Assembly: GCA_963662275.1 (NCBI GenBank)
Contig: OY759316.1
Location: forward strand, 736,001 to 800,000
DNA: 64,000 bases
Reading direction: 5' to 3'
From: Candidatus Cloacimonadales bacterium
GTDB lineage: Bacteria; Cloacimonadota; Cloacimonadia; Cloacimonadales; DAONDQ01
The translations under genes and the position numbers were made by a program. Below, piece by piece: positions 9,806-18,288 of the stretch. Below the pieces are notes generated by a model. The model was not told the origin of the DNA. It did not search any database and was given only the letters and a program-made list of their open reading frames with translations. The first letter of the stretch is position 1. Each line of letters starts with the position of its first letter.

Positions 9806-11074
9806 ATGCAATCATCAACGATTAGGTTACGATACCTGGATTTGATTAAAGGACTTTCTGAAGCAGTTGATCTGATTAATCCTGCTGTTTCAAATCATCA
9901 CAGGCAAGTTTCTCTAATCACCTGGATGTTTTGTAAAGTGTTGGATTATAATCCCAAACGTACTCGAGACTTGGTCATCGCGGCTGCTCTTCATGATATT
10001 GGTGGTCTATCACTTCAAGAAAGGTTGGATGCTCTGCAATTCGAAATAAAACATCCTCATCAGCATTCAGAAAACGGGTATCTGCTGCTGAAGGATTTTC
10101 CTGCATTAAAACTATCTGCTCGTCTCATTCGCTTTCATCACGTATCCTGGGATAATGGTAAGGGAAGAAAATTCATGGGGCACATGGTTCCATACGATAG
10201 TCAAGTACTGCATCTAGCTGACCGTGTAGCTGTTCTCATCAGTAAAAATCAGGAAATACTTGGTCAGGTGAAGAGAATAACCGATGTGATTGCCAGTAAT
10301 TCAAGTAAGTTATTTGATCCAAAACTTGTTAGTATGTTCCAGGAGATTGCACAAAAAGAGTATTTCTGGCTGGAACTTGATTCAACAAGTTCTGAGCTGC
10401 TATTAGGGGAAAGACTCAAATTGCGCCAAACATATTTAAAAACGAGGGATGTATCTCTGATTTCCAGGCTTTTCTCCCATATCATTGATTTCCGAAGTCA
10501 TTTTACTGCTACGCATTCCAGTGGTGTTGCTGCAGTAGCTCATTTTTTGGCAATATCAGCAGGTTTAACGGAAGCGGAAGCAGAATTGATTCGGATTGCT
10601 GGATACTTACATGATCTAGGCAAATTAGCAGTACCGGCAGAAATCTTGGAGAAACCTGGGAAACTCACGGAAGAAGAATTCAATATTATCAGAAAACACA
10701 CTTACTATACACACTATTTGCTACTCAAAATTGGCTTACCACTTGAAACCATCCATTGGGCTGCCTATCATCACGAAAATCTATCAGGTCATGGCTATCC
10801 CTTTCATGTCGATGATCCTAAAATCAGCTTTCCAGCTCGTATTATGGCTGTAGCAGATGTCTTTACTGCTTTGACTGAAGATAGGCCTTATCGGCTGGGA
10901 ATGAATCGGGAAGAGACTATTTCAGTATTGAATAACTTCGTGGAATCAAGGAAATTGGATTCTGATATTGTTGCTCTACTTATTTCATCCTTCAAGGAAA
11001 TCAATCAATGCCGACGGCTTGCCCAAGCAGATGCTGTTGTGTCTTATCTAGCTTTTAAAGAACAGATGCTCTAA
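9806..11074 (+). CDS. Tandem HD-GYP domain phosphohydrolase (putative c-di-GMP phosphodiesterase)
   Basis: Two HD domains (LHDIG; LHDLGK...HHENLSGHGYP...ADVFTALTEDRPYR). Confidence 0.9.
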   Translation: MQSSTIRLRYLDLIKGLSEAVDLINPAVSNHHRQVSLITWMFCKVLDYNPKRTRDLVIAAALHDIGGLSLQERLDALQFEIKHPHQHSENGYLLLKDFPALKLSARLIRFHHVSWDNGKGRKFMGHMVPYDSQVLHLADRVAVLISKNQEILGQVKRITDVIASNSSKLFDPKLVSMFQEIAQKEYFWLELDSTSSELLLGERLKLRQTYLKTRDVSLISRLFSHIIDFRSHFTATHSSGVAAVAHFLAISAGLTEAEAELIRIAGYLHDLGKLAVPAEILEKPGKLTEEEFNIIRKHTYYTHYLLLKIGLPLETIHWAAYHHENLSGHGYPFHVDDPKISFPARIMAVADVFTALTEDRPYRLGMNREETISVLNNFVESRKLDSDIVALLISSFKEINQCRRLAQADAVVSYLAFKEQML

Positions 11075-11131
11075 AAGGAATGTTTTTTAAATTCAATCTC
11101 AACCACTTATCAATCTGATTTTTCGATTTTA

Positions 11132-12559
11132 TTACTTTGAGATAACCATTGTTACACGATAGAATTGCTGTCTTATACTTGGTATGGCTGTAGTCCAAGT
11201 TACTCGACCAGAGACTGTCTGGAATGTGCCATCAGAAGTAACATTTGTTAATACCGGGGTTATTGGGTCGGTAAAAGAATACACTTGATATGAACCTGTT
11301 CCGTAATCATCCCAGGATATTTGTATTTGACTAGTTGTTTTATTTATAACAATATCTGTGGGGACATAGGTGTCGCTGATTCCCATATAGTTCTGAGCTG
11401 TAGCAGCAGCATTTACATTTGTATAAGTGAGGTTGGACGGGAAAAAACTGTAACCTGTAAAGGAGGGAATCATTGATCCTGACCACCAATAGGGAACAGA
11501 GACACTATATATTCCACTTGAGTTAGTAATTGCTGAATATCCATTACCATCGCTCACAGTGACTCCGAGCATAGGCAATGAATCCCCATCGACAATTGTA
11601 CCAGATATAGCATATTGTGGGGCTGCAGCCAGTTGAAGAATACCGACTCCATAATGTGCCTTACCACTATAGGAACCTCCCCAAGTCATTGTATGAGTGG
11701 AATAGTTCCAAGTATCATGAACGTAAATTGTAGTGCTTGTACTTTCATAACCGATACCCAACATAGTGTGTCCCTGTAACTGGATTAACACTGGAATCCC
11801 GGCATCGATAGAAGCTTTATAAGAATCATACGTGTATCCTAATGTATTGCCGTTCCAACCGTATATATATTGATTGTAATTCGTACTAACAGTATAATCC
11901 CGTGATTCAAAAAATAATCTTAATCCATGATTTCCATCTCTTTTACGTGTTTCGTGGTCTTCGGAATTGGTATAATTGTATATTGCAGAGCCATTTGCAA
12001 AGTAGAAAAAGGTGGTCGATCCATCTGAATTATTCCACCAGTCCTGGTTAGTTCCCATATAATCAGCAGTACACTCGGAATAATTTGCGGTTGGATCTCC
12101 TGTACCAAAAGGGTCGTCATCATGATTATTATAACCGGTCCAGAACCGATTCACGTGTCCTTGGGTTAATAAATTGTCGTACCCGGTATGGGTAGCGCTC
12201 AGAGGACATTCACCTGAACCCCAGGTACTGTTGTTTAAAGGGACAACTCCGCTATTTGTTGAACCAATGTAGACATGACCATAGTCGTGGCGATCGTAAT
12301 ATCCAGCCATCATTGCTGCTGATGTAGCTGCACATCCATAGCTCCAATCGAATGCAGGAACATCACTAAGCATGACAGAAGAACGTGTAGGAATGGCAAT
12401 AGGACCGGGTATCCTCTGTTCAACTGGAATACCTGGAACAGTGACTTCATCAATCAACTGTCCGGATGGATCGCGGAACGTACGTACAAGTGTTTGATCA
12501 GCAGAGAGCATTATGAAAAACAAGCTACAAAAAACAGTCATCATCCATCTTGACATCAT
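11132..12559 (-). CDS. Secreted papain-fold cysteine peptidase-like protein (C39-like/C10-like) with C-terminal beta-sandwich domains
   Basis: GGGAGG RBS before ATG 12559; signal peptide; WSYGCAATSAAM, GHTMLGIGY and YVHDTWN Cys-His-Asp motifs. Confidence 0.7.
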   Translation of the reverse strand: MMSRWMMTVFCSLFFIMLSADQTLVRTFRDPSGQLIDEVTVPGIPVEQRIPGPIAIPTRSSVMLSDVPAFDWSYGCAATSAAMMAGYYDRHDYGHVYIGSTNSGVVPLNNSTWGSGECPLSATHTGYDNLLTQGHVNRFWTGYNNHDDDPFGTGDPTANYSECTADYMGTNQDWWNNSDGSTTFFYFANGSAIYNYTNSEDHETRKRDGNHGLRLFFESRDYTVSTNYNQYIYGWNGNTLGYTYDSYKASIDAGIPVLIQLQGHTMLGIGYESTSTTIYVHDTWNYSTHTMTWGGSYSGKAHYGVGILQLAAAPQYAISGTIVDGDSLPMLGVTVSDGNGYSAITNSSGIYSVSVPYWWSGSMIPSFTGYSFFPSNLTYTNVNAAATAQNYMGISDTYVPTDIVINKTTSQIQISWDDYGTGSYQVYSFTDPITPVLTNVTSDGTFQTVSGRVTWTTAIPSIRQQFYRVTMVISK

Positions 12560-12720
12560 ATCCTCCCTCACAGAGTTTTTAGATTTCACAATTTAATTTA
12601 ATTTAATATGCGAAGATAAATTAGCAACAGTTTTTTTTTATTTGAACAAAAAGACTCATGTTTATGAACTAAGAATGAATTCTTCTTGTTTTTGTAAAAG
12701 CAAAGCACGTAACGTATATA

Positions 12721-12753
12721 AAAATAACGGGCTACCTATTATAAGTAGCCCGT
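12721..12753 (-). terminator. Rho-independent terminator downstream of the 12816-16409 gene
   Basis: ACGGGCTAC-N9-GTAGCCCGT hairpin with a T-rich tail on the minus strand. Confidence 0.7.
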
Positions 12754-12815
12754 CTATCAATTAGCTTTTCAATTCAAGAATTAGAATTCTAGCCTCTTGT
12801 CTCTAGTCTCTTCTG

Positions 12816-15800
12816 CTATTTCACTATCATCATTTTCTTTGTGATATTCATGCTTTCAGTACTGAGCTTGTAGAAATAGATACCACTGCCACAGGCTGTT
12901 CCATTTTCATCGAGACCGTTCCAGGAAATCTGGTGTGAACCTGCTTCCTTACTATAGGTCTTTACGATTTGACCACGAACATTATAGATGGTCAGAGTTG
13001 CCGTTTCTCCATTCTTCACATCCAATCCAATAGTGGTTGAATGGTTGGAATTAAATGGATTTGGATAAGCATTTTTCAGCATGGTAGTAGTCGGAATCAC
13101 TGGTGCTGTATTGGTGGTATTAACCATCACATAGTTGCTGAAGTTGCTTGTACCATCAAAGTTCACCATTTCCAGCCAGTAGTAATATGCATTTTGTGCT
13201 TCAATTTCATGATCTACAAAGCTATAGTTATGGGTAGTCGTTGTATTCGTTCCAGTAATCATACCCACGTTAACCTGTACGGCATTTGCAAGAATACCAT
13301 CATTGGAACGCAGAACATTGAAGCCTTGGTTATTTGTTTCTGATTCAGTCGTCCATTGCAGATTCACGAACATTTGCGCTGAAACCAGGGCTGTGAAAGA
13401 TGATAATTCTACAGGAAGGTCTCCACCGTTTTCGAAACCAATTGTAAAAGGAGCCTTTGAAAGAGAAGCGATGGCAACCGTTACACTCCTTAGAGCTGAA
13501 GAGATGGTTGTTAGTCTTGTAGTTCCCTGGAAAACAACAGGGGCATTTCCTGTCCAATTGAAATCGCCGTCATCCAGAGCTGTCCAGGTAAATGTGGCAT
13601 GCAGCTCTGAAGTGATTCCACCTGAAACAAGCCATTGCCTGTTGATTTTTGCAGGCAATAAAGGATCCGTCGCTTCTGCAGCGCTTAAACTTGTTACGAT
13701 ACCTGCTCCGGTGAAGGTCAGGTTTGGAGCACCGCTGAAAGTCAAGGAATTACCATTGAGGTTCAAAATACCGCTGGTGATAGTTAATACCCCGACAGTT
13801 ACATCATTTGGAAGCATGACAACACCTGAATTATCTAATGTCAGGGTATTGATGATTGCAGGTAATTCGATGGTTCCTGTTGAACCGACATTGACATTAC
13901 CGTTTACATTACCTATGATCGAACCACCAGAATGGTTCACGTTGCCATTGATAGTCAATGTATTTCCATCACCAATCGTATAATTACCGACCAGGTTCAG
14001 AACACCATTGATCGTGGCTGTAGTAGAAATTGGCACTCCTAAAGTAATAGCATCAATTTTCATGTTATCTAAATGGCAATTATTACCATAAGCGCCGGTA
14101 AATAGAAAGGCAATATAAAGAGTTGCCTGGTTTTCAGCACCGGCAGGTAAATAGAAACTATTTATCACCCAGCCATTTGTAGCACGATATCTGTAATATT
14201 TATTCGTACTATTCCATGCTGTTCCATTTGTTGACCATTGGACTACAACATTGTCGTCATTATTATAACCACTATCCATATACCAATCGAAAGTAATAGC
14301 GATATTTATCTTTCCGGTAGTAACAAGGGGAGAGGAAACCATCTTTAATCGTATCTGATCTCCAGCTTCACAAGTATATGAATTGAATTGAACACAATTT
14401 GTTCCTTCTGAAGGAGTAACAGTAGGATTTGTACTCGTTGCGGCAGTAACATAGGTGATGGTGGGAGCATTTCCTGCAGGATTGGTCACAATTTCAGTTG
14501 CCCAATCAGCCGGTGCTGCATTAAAACCTTGTGTATATATGGTTGAAACTGAACCTGTTGGCGTTCCGCTTTGAGTTACTCCACCTGCATTTGTAGTCAA
14601 ATTATTAAGAACAGTGCTATTTAATGGTAACTCATATCCTGTATTCATAGCATGAGCTGCTGTATAGATTAAATTCACAGTTCCTGCAAATATCGGAGCA
14701 GCGTTTAAACCGCCTGCATCACGAGATATTGTTGCCCCGGTAGCCATTGTCAAGTAAGAACTATTTACTAGTCTTCCGTTTGTAAGCGTTAATGTGCCAT
14801 ATATTGTAACGGCTCCGCCAAGAGCAACGTTTCCGGCATTATTTATCGTAAGATTATTCAATCCACCCGTTATGGCATTCAGAGTGGTTGATCCGTTCAT
14901 AATCAGATTGGATGATGCTCCACCATTAAATGAGCCTGCAGCATTATAGGTTATAACACCATTCAACGTCAAAGTATGGGTGCCAATCCTCAAGGCTGCT
15001 ACCCCAGTTCCACCAGAAAAACGCAATTCACTCGTTACGGTCAGATCAGAACTTAGCGTTACATCAGCTGCATCGAAGAGGTAAAATATCATAGCAGTAT
15101 TGGAGCTGGGGACTTCATAGCCAGTGCTGTAAGCAACGGAACCATTATCATAGAGCAATCTTAATCCGCCACTGCCAACATTGAAATTTGGAGCCACAGC
15201 AAAGCTTCCGGCAGGAGTTGTAGCTGAAGATACACCTCTTTGCACAATAGCAGAAGTAGTTCCACCGTCTCCTAAAGTGATCATGCCTGAATTTGAAACG
15301 ACTCCGGCAAATAAGTTCGCCCTGGATACAACAAAACCATTGGAACCTGCTATGGTCAATCCTAATGCGCTGGTATTTGAAACATCAAAACTTGTCATTG
15401 GTGAAGAAATGGTTCCATTATTGGTAAAAGTCTGCGCATAGGGAGAGTTAAAAATAAATCTAGTATACGAACCTATAGCAGATATGGTTCCTGCATTGGT
15501 TAGATTTCCAACCAGAACTAACCAGGTACTTGTAGTACTAGTGCCTGCAGTCAGAACAAAATTAGAACTATTTGTTAAAGTACCATTTACTGTCATAGTC
15601 TTTGATGCTGCAAGCGTTTTGGTACCTGCTCCTGAGAGATTCAGGATACCGTATGTGCCTGGAGCAATGGTCTGGGCAAGGGCGCCTGTATAGTTGACAG
15701 TGCTGGTTGTTGCTAATGTCATTGTTGGTGTACTGGAAAAAGTACCGCCAAAATTCATTGATCCAGTACCTGAAATGGCAAAAATACAACCCGTGGTTCC

Positions 15801-16409
15801 TGAAGTTACGTTTCCTCCAATGCTGAATGAACCTGTCGTTACGTTGATATTGTCCGTACGTGTTCCCGCTGCTATTAAGGTTCCAGACATGGTCAAAGTG
15901 GTGCCAATTGTACATGTACCTGCATTTACGTTAATAGTGCAGAAGAAGCCTGTATCTGGTCTTGGCATGGATACTGTTGTTGTAACTGCGAGAGAGTTGG
16001 TTCCACTGATTGTAATGGCTGAGCTTGCAGTCACTGCTGCAAAAGTAATGGAATAACAGGCAGCCGGGATGTCCACAGTAACTGTGATTCCTGCATTGAT
16101 CGTCACAGCCTCTGAGGAAGTAGGGACGGGAGCGCCTCCCCAAGTTGCGGTATCACTCCAGTTACCGGAGACAGAAGCTACCGTGGAATTTGTAGCCCGT
16201 GTTCCATCCTGTTGAAGTGGCTGTTGGATGCTTTCATTGAAATCTGGGAAAGCCTGTGCATCTTCATTGTTGTTTTGATTAGATAGATCCGGAAGCCGAT
16301 CAGCCTGGATAGTTTGATGTCCTGTGTTGGCAGTTTCTTTAGTGCCTGTTAGGCAATACAGAAACGCCAAACTGCTCAGGAGAAGTACAAAAAAGACAAG
16401 TTTTTTCAT
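12816..16409 (-). CDS. Large secreted adhesin-like protein: Thr/Gly/Asn-rich beta-helix, jelly-roll domain, LPVELSSF linker, C-terminal T9SS-like sorting domain
   Basis: Signal peptide; passenger-like repeats; LPVELSSFTA...W.TESETNN.GF motif; NAYPNPFN...SGIYFY..KKMMIVK. Confidence 0.8.
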   Translation of the reverse strand: MKKLVFFVLLLSSLAFLYCLTGTKETANTGHQTIQADRLPDLSNQNNNEDAQAFPDFNESIQQPLQQDGTRATNSTVASVSGNWSDTATWGGAPVPTSSEAVTINAGITVTVDIPAACYSITFAAVTASSAITISGTNSLAVTTTVSMPRPDTGFFCTINVNAGTCTIGTTLTMSGTLIAAGTRTDNINVTTGSFSIGGNVTSGTTGCIFAISGTGSMNFGGTFSSTPTMTLATTSTVNYTGALAQTIAPGTYGILNLSGAGTKTLAASKTMTVNGTLTNSSNFVLTAGTSTTSTWLVLVGNLTNAGTISAIGSYTRFIFNSPYAQTFTNNGTISSPMTSFDVSNTSALGLTIAGSNGFVVSRANLFAGVVSNSGMITLGDGGTTSAIVQRGVSSATTPAGSFAVAPNFNVGSGGLRLLYDNGSVAYSTGYEVPSSNTAMIFYLFDAADVTLSSDLTVTSELRFSGGTGVAALRIGTHTLTLNGVITYNAAGSFNGGASSNLIMNGSTTLNAITGGLNNLTINNAGNVALGGAVTIYGTLTLTNGRLVNSSYLTMATGATISRDAGGLNAAPIFAGTVNLIYTAAHAMNTGYELPLNSTVLNNLTTNAGGVTQSGTPTGSVSTIYTQGFNAAPADWATEIVTNPAGNAPTITYVTAATSTNPTVTPSEGTNCVQFNSYTCEAGDQIRLKMVSSPLVTTGKINIAITFDWYMDSGYNNDDNVVVQWSTNGTAWNSTNKYYRYRATNGWVINSFYLPAGAENQATLYIAFLFTGAYGNNCHLDNMKIDAITLGVPISTTATINGVLNLVGNYTIGDGNTLTINGNVNHSGGSIIGNVNGNVNVGSTGTIELPAIINTLTLDNSGVVMLPNDVTVGVLTITSGILNLNGNSLTFSGAPNLTFTGAGIVTSLSAAEATDPLLPAKINRQWLVSGGITSELHATFTWTALDDGDFNWTGNAPVVFQGTTRLTTISSALRSVTVAIASLSKAPFTIGFENGGDLPVELSSFTALVSAQMFVNLQWTTESETNNQGFNVLRSNDGILANAVQVNVGMITGTNTTTTHNYSFVDHEIEAQNAYYYWLEMVNFDGTSNFSNYVMVNTTNTAPVIPTTTMLKNAYPNPFNSNHSTTIGLDVKNGETATLTIYNVRGQIVKTYSKEAGSHQISWNGLDENGTACGSGIYFYKLSTESMNITKKMMIVK

Positions 16410-16789
16410 GAGGTACTCCTTTTTATTTAGTATTGTTTCTTTTAATTTCTTTCATATATAAATACAATGACAGTTTTATTCCAAAAGTACCATATTTTGA
16501 AAAATTCGTAATTGCTTTAAAATAAGACAGTTACACGTATCTCGAAAATCTGGTTTTGCGAGTTATTTCAAAAATGCCTGAAATTATATGAAAGTGAAAT
16601 TTCATTTGAAATTTATTGTTCCTAACTGTAGTGATTTCTTTAGGAATCGTGATGACATGGTTTACCTTGCTTGAATAAGTTTATTTCAACAAAAATGAGT
16701 TGGATAAATAGTGGCTAAGTAGTATTAATACACATAATTTGCCCATAGATGCTACACAATTGCATCCAACTTGAAACCTATATCAAACT

Positions 16790-16873
16790 TGTCCCATACC
16801 TGTTTCGCGAAACAGGAATGAAACAGGAATGAAACAGGTACGAAACAGGTATGAAATTGGTATAAATTGGGAC
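16790..16873. repeat. 11-bp tandem repeat GAAACAGGWAY (about 5 copies) abutting the palindrome CCTGTTTCGCGAAACAGG
   Basis: Units at 16809, 16820, 16831, 16842 and degenerate 16853; inverted copy ATACCTGTTTC to the left. Confidence 0.85.
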
Positions 16874-17004
16874 ATAAGATACCGATCTTATAGACATTTT
16901 GTATATATGATTGGGAAAAATTATGAATACTAAACAAACGAATTGACAAGTGACAGGTTGTCTCTTATATGAATATGTCGAACAATATTGGAAGGAGATT
17001 AGAT

Positions 17005-18054
17005 ATGTCGAATGTTTACTTTCGAAAGATAGATAAAAGTACTTCGGTTCAAGAGGTACAAGCCATAACACAATCATTGCTGGAAGAAATTGTCGAAAAG
17101 GAAAAGATCAAACTTGAGAAAGAGATTCCCCTAAAAGTCCATTTTGGAGAGATGGGTAACACTTCCTACATAAAGTCCGAGAATTATGAAGGAATCATCA
17201 AATATCTCCAGGATCATGATATTGAGACATGCTTTATGGAAACCAGCGTTATGTATGGCGGGCAAAGGCATAATCGGGAATTGCATATAAAAACAGCTAA
17301 AGAACATGGTTTTACACAATTACCAATTGTCATTGCGGATGGAGAGAGGGGAGAAGGCTTTACAGAAGTTGAAATTGACCAAAAACACTTCAAGACATGT
17401 AAAATTGGCAGAGCATTCCTTGATTATGACCAGTTGATTGTCGTGTCTCATTTTAAGGGTCACATGCTTGCCGGTTTTGGCGGAGCAATCAAGCAGCTTG
17501 CCATGGGGCACGCTTCCAAAGGCGGTAAGATGGCGATGCATATGGGAATCAAACCTCATATTGTGAACAGAAAATGTAAAAAATGCAACTTCTGTAAAAC
17601 CCGCTGTAATGAACATGCTATCACCATTGGCAGGAAGTCTTATATCAATCATGAGAAATGTGTGGGATGCGGAGCTTGTGTTTCAATTTGTCCGCACAAA
17701 GCGGTTTCGATTTTCTCCCTAACGAGTGTGATGCACTTTTTGGGAATTGGGAACAATTTCCAGGAAAAGCTGATTGAATATGCATATGCTGCTCAAAAAG
17801 GGAAACGCAATCTCTATATCAATTTTGCCATGAATATCACTGCCGGATGCGATTGTGAGCCGAGAAAGATGAAAAACCTGGTCGATGACTTTGGTATATT
17901 CATTTCCACAGACCCCGTTGCTATCGATAAAGTATGCCTCGATTTGCTCAAGGAAAATGGAAAGAAATTTAGAGGTGCCAAGCAATTGGATTATGCAGAG
18001 CATATTGGGTTTGGTACAACGAAATACAAGCTGATTGAAATCCTTGGGAAATAG
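17005..18054 (+). CDS. DUF362-domain protein with 4Fe-4S ferredoxin domain
   Basis: AGGAG RBS before ATG 17005; KVHFGE, SHFKGH.LAGFGGAIKQL, CKKCNFC...C and CVGCGACVSICP, GCDC. Confidence 0.88.
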   Translation: MSNVYFRKIDKSTSVQEVQAITQSLLEEIVEKEKIKLEKEIPLKVHFGEMGNTSYIKSENYEGIIKYLQDHDIETCFMETSVMYGGQRHNRELHIKTAKEHGFTQLPIVIADGERGEGFTEVEIDQKHFKTCKIGRAFLDYDQLIVVSHFKGHMLAGFGGAIKQLAMGHASKGGKMAMHMGIKPHIVNRKCKKCNFCKTRCNEHAITIGRKSYINHEKCVGCGACVSICPHKAVSIFSLTSVMHFLGIGNNFQEKLIEYAYAAQKGKRNLYINFAMNITAGCDCEPRKMKNLVDDFGIFISTDPVAIDKVCLDLLKENGKKFRGAKQLDYAEHIGFGTTKYKLIEILGK

Positions 18055-18088
18055 CATGGATAATAATATCTGAATAAATAGAAAAAGG

Positions 18089-18178
18089 TGTCGCCCCGCT
18101 GGGGCTTTTAGGTGACTTTGATGTTGTCTGCACCGGGCTTACGCCCGGTGTTATGGTCGGAAAGCCCGTACCGGGCTG
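18089..18178 (+). repeat. REP-like triple-hairpin element; inverted copy of the array unit
   Basis: GCCCCGCTGGGGC, CCGGGCTTACGCCCGGTGTTA (18133-18153) and AGCCCGTACCGGGCT hairpins. Confidence 0.7.
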
Positions 18179-18184
18179 AAAAGG

Positions 18185-18234
18185 TAGTGATGATAACGAA
18201 AGTATCAGATAGTGGCGATAACGATAGTATCAGG
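18185..18234 (+). repeat. 25-bp imperfect direct repeat (2 copies)
   Basis: TAGTGATGATAACGAAAGTATCAGA / TAGTGGCGATAACGATAGTATCAGG. Confidence 0.7.
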
Positions 18235-18288
18235 TAGAGATTCGAGAGTAATCTTCTGCTTCTTCACCCCATCGGGATTTTCTTGCTA

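Noticed and set aside
13303..16056. Long plus-strand ORFs antisense to the adhesin-like gene
   Set aside because: Shadow frames caused by the Thr/Gly/Asn codon bias of the real minus-strand gene.
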